NCBI GenBank assembly: GCA_039545335.1 | Contig: BCIN01000001.1 | Coordinates: 434,001 to 498,000, forward strand | Reading direction: 5' to 3' | DNA from: Kondoa subrosea | Lineage: Eukaryota | DNA length: 64,000 nt | In this document: positions 50,324 to 63,537 of the stretch, piece by piece | Layout: every line of letters starts with the position of its first letter | Position numbering within the stretch: the first letter of the stretch is position 1 | The notes under the pieces: generated by a model | Seen by the model: only the letters and a program-made list of their open reading frames with translations | Told to the model about the DNA's origin: nothing | Database searches by the model: none | Made by a program: the position numbers and the translations under genes

Positions 50324-51927
50324 TTAGAACTCTGACGTAGGTAGATCATCACGACTGATAGTGAGAGCAAAGCAGCGCAAAGACTGAAGTACAGGTACAA
50401 GCTTGACGGTCCATCCCGATTTGACGTTTTCACACAGGTAGAGATATCGCTCGAGGAGTATTTGCGCTTCTATGAGAGGTCCAAGTAGGCAGCGAAGAGT
50501 CCATACTACAGACCTGAAGAAGCTTTCAGATACATTAAACAGCACCCGTAGATGTACGTACAATCGAAACAATAGTTGCTTCTCTATTTCAGCTTGATCC
50601 ATCTCTTGACCCAGTTTCAGCGGAAGTGTATCGGACAGTTGCACGCCCAATCTCTTCGCTGCAGCTTGTCTATAAATGTCATAAGAGACGTATCCGGCGT
50701 TCTTCAAGCGTTTGATGCGAAGAGTCTTAACGGTAGGATGAGAAACAGCTAATTCAGCTTCGAAACGAGCGCGATAGAAGAGCTTCAGCATCGAAAGCTT
50801 GGCTTCTGTCCATGTATCGTCTGACTTGACCCAAGCTGAAGGAACCTGGGTTGCTAGATTCAGGTGTCGAGGGTTGAGGTGAGAAAGAGCAGACGAGCGA
50901 GACTTGAAACAAAGACCTGCTTTTGTTGTGAGTCCGTTGAATTGTGTCAGGGCTACCAGATGATTACTGACCATTATTCTCGACATCCAGAAGATTATAG
51001 CAACATCCGACGGCGAGCAAAGTGTGCGAATGCTTCGCTTGAGTGCCAAGCCAAGCTTTCAACAGATTGGTAGTCAGATCACCACAGCCATGTAAAGTGA
51101 GAACGAGCGTTTGAGCATCTTCTACCGAGTTTGGCCATTTGGATAGCAAATCCGCCAACGAAGCTTCATCCAGATTAACGCATTGGTGTTCGATATCTTC
51201 TGCTTGAAAGCCAGCCTTGAGCTTGTTCGCTCCTGATAACTGTATCTCGTTATTGTCGATAGCTGTAACTTTCATATTGAGAGGAGGTGAAGCGATAGTA
51301 TGGGATAGATGTGCCTGTTCTTCCTAATGAGCTACATACGGGCTTTGAGAAATGAAGCTTACTCGACCAGAGCCAATATCCAGAGCATGAGTTGGAATGA
51401 CATTGCCAAAGAGAAGAGGAATATGATTGACTAAATGCCTGACCTCGAAAGCTTTCTTGATGTTTTGCCCTCGAGGTAGCTGTTGGACAGTAAATGGAGC
51501 TATAACAGGCGAAGAAGATCCAGAATCGCTCGATGATAATAGAGCATCATGCGATTGATCTCTAGGTAGAGTCAAAGCAAGACAGGTCGAAAGATAGCTC
51601 TGGAGGCTTTCAGGCATAGAAGGCTTCGCAGGTCAGAGAAATACTCGAGAGCGGCCAGATGGAACAGCATACATCCAGTTGACCAGCAGCTAGTCTCCTT
51701 ATTAAGAGATCTCGCTCGCATTCGCCCAAATCTCTGCTCTCAAGCCAATCTTGCCATTCTGTCGGTATTGCATTCCAAAACGCTTCAAGGCCTTCATTCA
51801 TACATAGACCTTGAGCCGAAAAGCTGAAGAAGCTGTTTGTTGTGGAATTCACTAGACTCTGAGGTTCGCTTTTGAGAAATGCATGTATATCATTGATGCG
51901 CTGCAGGGTATCAAACTCCACGACCAT
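50324..51927 (-). CDS. METTL25/RRNAD1-like SAM-dependent methyltransferase (Methyltransf_32)
   Basis: KKAFEV, LDIGSGR, LTLHGCGDLT, VGCCYNLL and LGPLIEAQILLER. Confidence 0.85.
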
Positions 51928-52059
51928 TGTGTCTCATCACCAGCCGGGTTTCACGATGGTCAAAGGCGGTCGCACAACAGAAAGAGCGTCATGCATGAGA
52001 AATGAGGCATCTCTGAACAGTACTGCAGCGTTTCTCCTGGCAGCATTCATTCATGCTGT

Positions 52060-52571
52060 TCAACCCATGTGTGGACCGGTCATTTGCGCAACTAAAGGCT
52101 TTCCTGTCGCCCAACACCATAATGTTTCACGACCATCGTAGGAAACAGCATATTCACTCTTTGACGTTCGAAGGTGCTCGCCGTATGTCTGGCCTAGATT
52201 CGTGGTCCACCAAAATCTTTTACAAGCAGAGCACCTCCAATATTCTGCCTTGTGTTTGGCGACGGGCTGAGCGTGTAATATGATGGTCAGTCTCGAGTTC
52301 TACGCACGATCAGATACGCTCACCTGAGCAGTAGTATGATAAGCTGGCTTCAAAGCAGGGATAGGAGCATTTGTAATAGGTGCCGCAATTGGCTTAAAGG
52401 CAGATCAGTAAGTAACATTCGGCAATTCCCTTTGTCTCGACTCACTTTAGGGGGACTCAGGACAGGCAGATGGCCCTGTCCTTCCGCCAGTACGAGTCCA
52501 TGAGCATAAGGGTTGATCGAGCTAGAATCACGCTTGATCGCATCTGATAAAGTTTCCGCTTCATTACTCAT
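52060..52571 (-). CDS. Small hypothetical spliced protein
   Basis: Two canonical introns (GTGAGT..AAG and GTGAGC..CAG) keep the frame: MSNEAE...SPPK|PIAAP...AQ|PVAKHKAEYWRCSACKRFWW... Confidence 0.4.
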
Positions 52572-53093
52572 TGCTTTGAAATCGACTGCTTGAAGCGGCG
52601 TCACGTCGGAACCTTCATAAAGAGAGACAGCAGCCTGCTTATTGCCAGACGCAAGCGGCCTCTAATATGATGATGAGACAAAGCGCGTTGTACGGATTTA
52701 CCGCGAGGAATCTGCACAAATGCTTACTCTGGGCGTGGGAGAGACAATCTGGGGGTTTGACTAGCGTGACATATGAGCAAAGCTATGCAGTTCTGTTCAA
52801 TAAAGAAACCAACCTGAATAGCCTTGGACCGGGAGTAGCGAGACATGATCGGGTTTGGCGCAAGGATACGAGGACGCGAAGTAGATAATGATGGAAACGG
52901 CAGGAGGAGAAAGAGAAGAAGAAGCGAGGTGAATTGAGAGATCGGAGCAAAGACGTTCTTATACCCGTGTAAATCATTCTGAGACAGAAGAGACCTTCTG
53001 ATGAGCTATTTCGAGCGAGGACGAATGGGAGGGAGTAACTGAGAGAGGAGTTCAGTGGGGCAGGCACGAATTGCCCGATCTGTCTGCTAAAGA

Positions 53094-54029
53094 TCAAGCA
53101 GATCCACTCAATTTATCCATCAACTTCTTGCGCCGAGATGGTCCATGAGTCGGTACAGCTGGTGGAGCAGTATTTGATTCTCCCTTGACTTGAGCTCTGT
53201 AGGCTGACCAGAGATGATCTACATCCTGACCAGTGAGTTCTTCGAATATTGAAGAATCGTACTTCTTTTGCATAGCCCGGTTGAGTCGAGGCACAAAAGA
53301 AGAGTCGTAGTTTGACGCTATCCATTGAAGAAAGTATGCCGTTCGTCTAATAGGCTGTTCAGTAATGTTAAAAGTAATGGGAGAAATTGCTCACTCGTAG
53401 CCTGCGTCCCAAGATTCGCCCATTTCATGCTTGTTCCAATGCGCAGCGCCTAGTCTATCATTAGCTCTGTCTGAAGGCTCAGCAAGCCAAATCACCTAGC
53501 CCCGCCTGTAATCTACAATAATCAGCAATGCCCTCAATCAGACCGCCCTTTGTATCGTCATCCGACTCCGGTGCATCATGTTGTAGGGCGTGCACTGTTT
53601 CGTGCAGCAGCACTCCGCTGATCTCATGCAAGACAGCTTCTGAGTCTCCCTTCTTGCTTTGGTGAACAGATCTGACGTATTTGTGATCTAAGCGAACGAT
53701 AGCATAGTCTTCGTGATTTGTAGTAGCTGCTAAACCCTGCACTTGGCATCAAACTGGAAGGTATAGTCATTCGGGGAAGTACAAACATCAAGCTCGTCTA
53801 GCAAATACAGGATCTTTTGCTGAGCAAAGCGGCGGGGATAGGAAGAGGCAGGATAGAGGATAGCATCAATAGTCTCGACATAATGAGCTAACAGCTCCTC
53901 TGGATTCGGTATAAGGCGTCTAAAGATTGATGGACCAGACTCGGAATCAGGCAAGAAAGCAGCCAGAGGAGAGGAAAAATGGATCAGCGCTGTGGATATA
54001 GGTGCTGTAGGGGCAGGCTGAGGAGGCAT
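53094..54029 (-). CDS. BSP (plant basic secretory protein)-family HExxH peptidase
   Basis: ISGVLLHETVHALQ, GGLIEGIADYCRL, WDAGYE|RTAYFL.W and FEELTG..VD.LW. Confidence 0.9.
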
Positions 54030-55285
54030 GCTGAGGCTGTTGAAGGTCAAACCACGCTTTTCTCGACACGAGCATCACGGAATCTGCACATGCGCCGTTG
54101 CAACAATCATCACAAGCTTAGGAGCTGTCTAAATTCATCTCCAGGCAGGAAAACGCACAGAAGGCACGCAACTTGAATTCTGCCAACTGGAATTGGCTCA
54201 AGCGGTCGTCTACTCGGGGATACGCTGCTGGCCTGTAATAAGGCATTATACAATGACTGGATCCGCATATGTTCGACCTTTCGAGCTCTTTCAGTCGCAT
54301 CTTGAAGTCTTTCATCGCACGGTCTCGCTGCTTTCCTCTTCAAAGGGACTTCCGTATCGTCCGTTTGTTCTGTCTTCTGCTTCTCCGCGTTTTTCTTTCA
54401 TACTCTCACTGCTCTCGGCTGCTTTATGTATTGCTATTGCTCCTTTGGTTGAATTTTACAGCTATTTCATGTTTTTGGTATATAGATACAAGGCATATAT
54501 TGATGCTTTCTCTCTCCAGATAATCCTACTCCTCTTGACACGCTCATGTCACGCTCATGTCCACTTCAAGTACTGTTAATCCTCCTTTTTGCTAATTTCC
54601 AATTCAGCTTTCAGCTTCGCATTCTGTTCTTGCAAAGTAGTCGTGATCTGATGCAAGAGCTGCCGATGTACTGGTGGTATATCAGTAGTAACCAATTGAA
54701 CTTGCTCTGTTACGCCATGTTGTGTATCTTCTAACGCAGCCAAAATCAGTTTTCAGACATGATTTTCGACAACGAAAAAGCAAAAAAGTACCTGTTGGTC
54801 CCTGCTCAGGATTGCTTCGTCCAGAGTTTAGGTCTAAACCATCCACTTTGTTGATGTATGGGGCTTGCTGCATTCTTTCGCTCTGGTAGCCGAATCAGAA
54901 GGTAAACCTAATTTGTCCCAGATGCTCAAAATTCCGCTTGAGGGATAACAACATATGAGAGAGACATACACTCGTGCTTCACCCTGCGCGCAGGGTGTAT
55001 GACGAATCAAATTGTGGCTGATTATGTGACGGTAATTATTTTTGCGGGTGTCGATTTCGATCACACAAGGTTGCGCGTACGAGCTGAACCTTGATGCGGA
55101 GTGGTGTGAGTGTAAAGCAGTCGCAAGCAGAAATGAAGCGAATATTGCGTTTCAGGTCGACAGACTTTGCCGAAAACTCCAGGCAAATACGAAAAATTGG
55201 GGGCAATGTAGACCGTTCGTGATATTATACTATTTGACAATCAAAAGAGGACTACAAGTAATATAAAGTGTCTACAATTATGTAT

Positions 55286-56864
55286 CTAATAATAACCCTT
55301 TACGTTCATCCCAACAGGTTCATCGCCAACCAAAGTTTTAGCATTCGTGCTCGTACTTTCTTTACTTGTCGTTCTTCTCATTCTAGCTCTAATGAGCGCT
55401 TCCGCTTTCTTGTTTTTGATTTCTTCCTCTTCTTCCAAAATTTCCCAACTTCTTCTTTTCACTCTAGGTGGTAAAGCAGTACTAGCGAGTGATAACTTTC
55501 TTCTGAATATGGAAACTCTGCCAGATTGGAAAGAAGAGATGGAAGAAAGGGAATTGGATCGTTTGAGATTATGAGTTGAAGGAGTACCGCAATCAGCTAA
55601 AGAAGATTGATAATCTTCTTCTTCTTCTTCTCCTTCCGAGTGTTGGTGTTGCTGTTGGCGAGAATGTCCAGTTGAAGTAGACCAAACGGAACCCATTGTA
55701 GAAGCTTTGGAAACCTGTCTGTTCAATTTGGATGGTACAGAGGCACGTCTTGTATGAACAGGTGTAGGGATTTGTAAAGTTGAGAACGAGGAGAATCTGG
55801 ATTCTTCCTCTGGTGCAATGGGTTCTTTGTTCAAGGATGAAGTAGAAGTCCAAGGATGCAAAGAAGGTGGTTGATGACCGAAAGAACCATTTGCTGAATA
55901 ACCAGAAATAGGTCTCAAAGCAGGTCGATTTGCAGAAGGTAAAGCAGTGAATCGATCTTGTTCTTTTGGTTGTGATCTATTCCACCAGTTTTCTATAATC
56001 ATAATCAGCTATTGTTCAACCTTCTTTCAACAAGTTGAACTAACCTTCAGGCTGTAGATCCCTTTCAAGGGCTCTTGAAAAGCGTTGAGCAACCGCAGGA
56101 CTCATTTGACCTTTATCATCCAAAAGCACAGGAGGAACATCACCCCATCCACCACCACCACCGCCAGTTGATTTCTCTTCAAAATCAGGACTATTACTTC
56201 CATCATCGCTTCCCCAAGGGGTAGATAACTTTCTTTCCCTACTTCTATTCCGATTTCGGTTCTTTCTTCTTAAACAAAACCCAACGATAGCTAAGAGGAG
56301 GATTAAGATAGCTACAGCTACTAACGTAGTGAGAGCGATATTGAGTGGTGAGGAACCCAAGTTCTTGAAGAAAGCGACAAAGGAGGAGTCTTTGTTCGAT
56401 AATGATGATGATGATGAAGAAGTAGGGGAGATGGATGGGATAGCTACTTTGGCTGCGAATCCGGAAGAGAAGAGATTTGGAACTTGACTCGATAATGACG
56501 ATGATGATGATGACGAAGAGCTTGAAGTAGGCGTGGATGAGATTGTGCTCAATAGAACCGATGTAGTAATTGCTGCTAGAGATGTAGTGGAAGACACGAC
56601 CGGTGGAGGAGGAGGTAAAGTAGAAGTACTAGCTACTGGTACATTCATCGTATAGGAAGGCTGGACCCAAGTGGAAGTAACAGGTTGAGTGACGACTTGT
56701 TCTGTAGTCCATACATCCGAAGGAGCGGCAGTATCATCATCTTGATCCACATCGGCAGTAGTAGTAGGTTGAGCTTGTGCAATGTATTGACTGTATGCAG
56801 CATCACCAGGAGCTGGAGTCCAATACTGAAACAAAGGATCTTGTCTAGCAGCAATTCGAGGCAT
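55286..56864 (-). CDS. Single-pass membrane protein with Ser/Thr-rich ectodomain (Mid2/mucin-like architecture)
   Basis: S/T-rich N-terminal half, TM NIALTTLVAVAILILLLAIVGFC followed by a basic stop-transfer stretch, then a disordered cytoplasmic tail. One intron joins the two ORFs. Confidence 0.7.
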
Positions 56865-57144
56865 AATGTGACACTATTATGTGATGGTAACCAGACAAGG
56901 GGAGGAGACTTCCATCTCTCAGCGCAAGTATAGAGAGCAGCCATTCGTTCATAGCGTGGCTTGTGAGTTGGAAGGCTGAAGATGGCTTGAAAGGTGCCTT
57001 CCCTTCTCCTCAATCCTGTCCTGTCTCCTCTGCCTTGATGTACTGGAGTAGTCTAGCTGGGTATAAGGCATTGTCCTGGTATGACGGAAATCATGACTGT
57101 TTACAGAAAACGACTTTCTTTCCTTAACGAAATCTCATTCAATC

Positions 57145-57634
57145 ATGTCAACTGAATCTACAGCAACTGACGCGACTGCTCCCACTACAGCAGTAGAAGA
57201 GAAACCTACTGCCAACGCTACTAAAGCTGAAGGTGAAGGTAATTCGCGAGGAAGGACGCGTTATTACGAAATTGCCTTATTGAGATACATTTTTGCTTTC
57301 AGATGATCATGAAGAGGATGAGGAAGAAGAGGACGCTGAGGAAGAGGGACCTGGTTTAGCTGCTTTAATTGGCGAAGTGAGTTCGCGCTTTGTGTTAATC
57401 CATTTATATAACGCGTTCTAATTTATCATGTGAATGCGTAAGGATCTCGCTGATGAAGATGAGGAAGACGTTGATTTCAACGCGTCTGCTGTCAAGGAGG
57501 ATGAAGAGGAAGCTGATATCACTTTACCTGATGACATTGAAGGTGAAGAAACTGAAGATCTCAAGCGCGATGCAGAACAGCAAGGCGTTGGAGATGTTTC
57601 TGGCCCTCGTACCAAGCGTGCAAGGGTCGATTGA
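57145..57634 (+). CDS. Small, highly acidic putative nuclear protein (prothymosin/ANP32E-ZID-like)
   Basis: 3 exons: MSTEST...EGE|DDHEEDEEEEDAEEEGPGLAALIGE|DLADEDEEDVDF...TKRARVD*. Confidence 0.7.
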
Positions 57635-57728
57635 ATCCATTTCGCACCGATACTTTGATTTAGTTCAGACAAAACATGTATTGCAATTCCCTTTTCGTAT
57701 AAGACAATGATTGAAACTTGCTCGGCGC

Positions 57729-58791
57729 TTAAGGAGCTACTGCTACTTCTGCCCAATCGTTTGACTTCTTGTAGATACGTCGTTCGTTAGGTAAATCGGC
57801 CAGATCAGCTCTGTACGTCTGGTCAGCATCTTGTACATATCACATCGAGATACGAAGAGACTGTCAACGCACAGATCGACTTCTTCTGGCTCAATAGCGA
57901 TCAAAGCAAAGTTCTCCAAAGCTTTCTTCTGCTCATCCTTCTGATCATCGCTCAATTCTTGAGGTAGCGATCTATAATCGACATCCGTATCCTTCAAAGG
58001 CATTCCCTGTACCAACAAGCACCTTGAATATTACATTCTAATCAGAAAGAGAGAAAATTAAAGGACTAACAGGAACGGGACGTAAGAAAGAAGCTTTCAA
58101 AGGTGGAGACATTTTTTGGAAAATCCTTTGACGTTCAGCTTCCCAATCGAATTTACTTTTAGGACCGGATTCTTCTAATGGTGGACCTAATCTTTTGCTT
58201 GGGAAATCTTTGTTTGCTCCTGAATTAGGTGGGGAGAGTAGGAAAGCTCTTCCTTTGATTCTGAATTGAATAGCTATACACATTTTGTGTGACACATGAG
58301 CATTGAAGATGTAAGGTAACATGGAATCAGAAAGGAAGACTAACAGACTGGAGCCATCCACCAGGAAATCTCACATGGACAACCTTGATCCCCAAAAGCT
58401 TTGATCTGATTTGCTTTAGGTCCTCTTGCATCAGTTGTAGTCAACAAGACGTTTGAAGTGAAATCTTCTGAAGCATCATTATCTGAAGGATCTTCATCTT
58501 TGCGTCTTTCATTGACGAAACCTGAACAAAATTACGTAATCAGCATTCTCACACTCCGATCGGACCAGCTACGATAAAAGGGACAAACCTCTGTGTACTA
58601 CGAATCTGTTTTTTGGTTTACCAAAAGAGTCCACAGTAGCGAAAGGGTAGCTGAGTGCATAGATCGATCATATTAGTCAGTCATACAGAGCGAACATGTA
58701 ATGCAAAGGGGAACTCATTGGAATCTTTGTTCTCCTTCATACTCTTCTGCAAAGCCTCGTTCAAACGTTGTCTCCATACAGGTCCACTCAT
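57729..58791 (-). CDS. Pyridoxamine 5'-phosphate oxidase-like FMN-binding protein (YGR017W/Alr4036-like)
   Basis: PVW...FATVD..KP.NRFVVHRG|F, TTDARGPK, EISWW, QFRIKG, MSPPLKASF, ALENF.L....VD and W...V.P*. Confidence 0.85.
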
Positions 58792-58853
58792 GTTTTTCCA
58801 AAATATCAAGTTGCTCGTTCGAGAAGAACCGTCATCGAATAAATCCCAGCGAA

Positions 58854-59830
58854 ATGAATGATTCCAGCAGCTCAAGCAGCAGTTCAAGTCAAGCACCTAT
58901 TTCATTGAAACTCCTCTTGATAGGCTCATCCTCAGTTGGCAAATCTTCTTTGCTCCTTCGTTTCACCGATGGACTGTTCTTGAGTTCTGAAGAAACTCAA
59001 GCTACTATTGGTGTGGATTATAAAGTAAAGATGATTACTAGAGGCGCACAGAAATATAAGCTTTCTATATGGGTTAGTGCCCCTCACGACATTTAGTTCC
59101 TATGTGTCAAGGCTGAAGCAAGTGTTTCATTGATACGATAGGATACAGCAGGACAAGAACGATTTAGGACCTTGACGAGTAGTTATTATAGAGGCTGTCA
59201 TGGTGTTCTGATCGTATATGGGATTGAGTGAGTTTCAATACAAATCGGATTCCGTCTGTTTATGCTGATTGATCAAGTTCCTCATTTGTAGCCAAAGGGA
59301 TTCGTTTGATGCTCTGCAAACTTGGTTCACTGAATTGGAAACTTATGCTCAACCAGTAAGTCGCTTTTCTCTTTCTCTCCCTCTCCTTATTCCGTTCTTC
59401 TACCTTTCCTGTCTCCTGTTTTTCTCCTCCGGCTGTCTATGTACGAAGTCAATACTAATTAAGAAGTCTGTCATATTAACAGGATGTAGTGAAGTTCATC
59501 ATAGGTAACAAGACCGATAAACCTTCTTCACGAGTGGTAGCCACTTCCGAAGGTCAACAAATGGCTTCAGAAAGGGGTTGCTCTTTCTACGAGACTTCCG
59601 CTCGAACTGAAGGTGGAGTGGAAGAAGTATTCGAAGCTTTGGTAGATCAGGTAAACTAGTCTTTTCCTTCCAAATATGAAAGGATTCTGATTTGAGAATT
59701 GATGCGTGTTTGGTTTCAGATTATCGCGAAACCTCAATTATATACTCAGCAAACGAACAAGAATCTACCTGGAGCTTATACGATTGCGTTGGGAAGAGAA
59801 GCGGAGCAAGCGAGTTATTGTTCTTGCTGA
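58854..59830 (+). CDS. RAB18: Rab18-like small GTPase
   Basis: LKLLLIGSSSVGKSSLLLRF, ATIGVDY, KLSIW|DTAGQERFRTLTSSYYRG, GNKTD, ETSA and C-terminal CSC*. Confidence 0.88.
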
Positions 59831-61010
59831 TTTCTCATGCTTGAGGGGAAGAGGAAATGGCAATCGTATGTATTATTATACTTGTATGTATTACTAATTA
59901 TGATAGATTAATCAATGGAATGGTTCATGTGATGTGAGGATCTACGATGCGGTAAGCGCACTGGGTCTGGCTTGCTTTATGTTTCTTCCGCCTGCTCTGT
60001 TGTATGTCTGATCAGGATCGATTCCTCTTACTCTGCTATGTTGTGGTCTCTATATTGCTCTGTTCTTCCTTGTCTGCTATGTGGGCACTCCTCTCGTATC
60101 GCAAATTATCGTCAAGATTGTATCCATTTGTCTACTATTCGTTACAATGGCGTTTTATCAGTGGCATCGCGATCTCAGATCTGGGTTTCTGTGAAGTACA
60201 TCTCTTCGCAAACGCTGTCTAGCGTACCTTCTTCGGTTAAGCCAATCTCTCGGCAGAAATCCTCGTCATTCATCAGTCACTCTGAAAGCGACTAATGCTA
60301 TGTTTTTGGGAATCGAGCACTCTGTTAAGCTACTGTTGATTCTCAATCACAAGTTTTCAGGTGATACGCGACATGTTCGCTCTACCTCAACGGTGAGAAT
60401 CAAAGCAAGTCGATAAGCAGTTTCAACTGATCTCTCAATGTGCCAGAACAGGTTTTCATAAGCTCGATATACTGTGTAAGGGGAAGTGCTCGAGCGGTTC
60501 GAGTGAGCAATCGCTTTGTAATCGACATTGTGGTTCTTATTTTCTGTTACAAGCGTGTTTCTCGCGCTCACTGCACCCATCTTCACTCTTCTACTGTCCA
60601 CAAGTGTGCATAGTCGTTTCAAGGTCGAATGAGATCACTTTGGATTTGTTTATCGGGAGATTGTTTTGTTTGAATTTGCCACAATTCAACTTCGCCCTTT
60701 TGGTTGGAATTCCTCTTCCTCGTCCAAGACCGAACTTGTTACATTCCATAACTCGTCAGTCTCACTTTGCACATTCCAGAGCACGGCAGGACCCAGACAC
60801 ACCAACCCTTTCACTCTTTTATATCGTTGGTGCTGCCTTTTGGTGAAGCAAAGTTGTTGTTCTCACTCTCCTCTACCTCGGTCTACTACTACACAAGCTT
60901 CATACTGGTGCTGCTATCTCTGTTGCCGCAAACGACACAATAGAAGAGGCCTGCTTTTGAGAGTGTAACGGTCCTTCTGTTTACTTTTTCCGACTTCTAC
61001 TATTCAAAGT

Positions 61011-63030
61011 ATGGCAGCTGTTCAACCTTCAAAGGTGTGTGGATCTCAAAGTTCCTTCATATTGATTCCTTAGCTGAATTGTATTGTTGCAATATTAGAT
61101 CTCACGAGGTCGAAGAGCAACAAACTCCGAAAACAGTGCTACTGCAACAACTCGTTCTTCTTCTACCATTGCAGCAGCTTCTGGTAAACCTGCTTTGACT
61201 ACTACTCGTTCTTCTACTGCAGTCAGCCGTGGTCTCAAAGAAAGCAATAAGTTGGCACCTCAAGGCAAAGCTTTAGCTTCTTCCGCTACTACCACAACCA
61301 ACACTGCTGTGGCTGGTCCTAGACGAGTGCTTGGTGATTTGAGCAATGCCAACAAGGTTCGTTTGCGTCTTCTTGTTCTGATAATGCCATTATCTTACGA
61401 GACTTGATGATAACGAACAGAACAAAGCTGGTGACAGATCGTCAAAAGATTCAACCATCTCCTTGAAACCAGCTCGTTCTCGTCATACTTCCCAATCCTC
61501 AATCTCTTCAGTCACTTCTAATACCACTAACCAAACTGTCAGACCTTCCGCAGCAGCAAGTCAAGCTAAATCTTTGTCCATTGCTTCTGGTAGACAAGCA
61601 CTCGCTTCTCAACATTCACGAAGTACTTCTGTACCAGGTGCACCTAAAATTGGATCAGGCCTTTGGAACGGAGAAGCTTGTTCTCCCCCTTCTCATCAAG
61701 TTGAAGCTCAGGAAGTTTTGGCTCATCAAGGTTTGGGCATTGAAGAGGAATCGGCGCAGGAAGGAGGAGAGGAAGAGGATGAAGAAATGTCTTCCCAAGA
61801 AGTATCTTCACAAGAAGTCATTCATCATTCGCGTCATGCTTCTTCCCACTTGAGTCCTCATGCTGAAGAAGAACAAGAAGTTGGAGCAGCAGCAGCAGAA
61901 GAAGAAGTGATGATGGATCCTGAAAATTGGATGATGTTGGATCCAAACGAAGAATCGGAAGCGCAAAGGGAATTGGAAGAGATTAGGAAAGAGTTCAGAG
62001 AAGAATTGGATTTCTGGGATACATCCATGGTAGCTGAATACTCTGAAGAGATTTTCGCTTACATGGCTCAACTTGAGGTTCGTCTGTATTTTCCGCTGTT
62101 GGAATGTTTTGTCTAATGCGATTGATGCAGGAAAAGACTATGCCTGATCCTAACTACATGAATGCTCAAACTGAAATTGACTGGTGCGTTGAATGTCTGT
62201 GATGCAATCTTCATTGCTAATTGCAGTTCTCTTCGACGTACAGGAACACTCGATCTACTTTGATTGAATGGTTGATGCAAGTTCACATGCGTTATCACAT
62301 GTTACCTGAAACCCTTTGGATCGCCATCAACATCATTGATCGCTTCCTTTCCAACCGCACCGTTTCTTTGGTTAAGCTTCAATTGGTTGGCATTACCGCT
62401 ATCTTCATTGCGGCCAAGTATGAAGAGATTATGGCTCCTTCGTTAGTTATCGATCATTCCTTATCGCATATATGCTGATGTAGGGGTCTGCTGATTAACA
62501 GGGTGGAAGAATTTGTCTTCATGTCTGAAAATGGCTACACCAAAGATGAAATTCTGAAAGGCGAACGCATCATTTTGCAATCTCTGGAATTCAACGTTTC
62601 TCCTTACTGCACACCTTACTCTTGGGTTCGAAGAATCAGTAAAGCAGACGAATACGATATCCAAACTCGAACTCTATCTAAATTCTTGATGGAAATCTGT
62701 TTGCTCGATCATCGTTTTATCCGAGCGAAACCTTCAATGATTGCTGCTACTGGAATGTATGCAGCTAGAAGAATGTTAGGTGGAGATTGGGTGCGTCTGC
62801 TTTCCCGTATGCTCTGAAAAAAAATAATTGAATGATGTCTGCAGAATGAAGCTTTCACTTATTATTCTGGTTACACTGAAGTTCAACTCAATACTGCCTT
62901 AGGTTTCATTGTCGAAGCACTCACTCAACCTCATTTCGAAGAACGATTCCTTTACAAAAAGTACTCTACCAAGAAATTCTTGAAGGCTAGTCTGTTTGCC
63001 GTACAATGGGGCAAGAGCGTTGTTCTTTAG
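61011..63030 (+). CDS. G2/M B-type cyclin
   Basis: D-box RRVLGDLSN, MVAEYSEEIF.YM, RSTLIEWL.QVH..Y..LPETL, KLQLVG....IAAKYEE and RRISKADEYD.QTRT. Confidence 0.93.
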
Positions 63031-63537
63031 ACCATTCACAGGAGGGCTGAGCTTGCGAAAAGGGAAGCAGGAGGATTGGGATTGAATGAGGATTGTTGGC
63101 TTTTCTTTTGCTTCTGTTGCATTTTACTACTTTTTACATTGCTGTACATTCATATCATACTTTAGAACGCTGAATTTATCATGCTGACCAAAGACCTTCT
63201 TTACGTAGACATTACTTACTTGCGTGCGCGTCTATTAGATTGCTGGTCTTTTGAAAAGCTAGAACTCGGCAATCATTGCACAGGGATGCATATACGTTGG
63301 CACAGCAGGATGATTGAGAGTACAAAGTACATCCAGGCAATTAAAGGCAGAGACAAAGAAAGAGACATGCTGGTGAACGAGTATTTGAGAAGGCTGCAAG
63401 AAGGAGAGCAAAAGGAAAAGGTACTGAAAGACGAATTGTTTAATTACAGCTATAGTCCACTGTATACCCTAAATGAGAAGAAGATAATCATCCAGTGATC
63501 CCTTCGTACCCTTCTGTCTTTTCAGCCAAAAGTGGGG

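Noticed and set aside
59947..60300. Possible small gene between RAB18 and the cyclin
   Set aside because: Splice-like signals on both strands, but no consistent frame or recognisable product.
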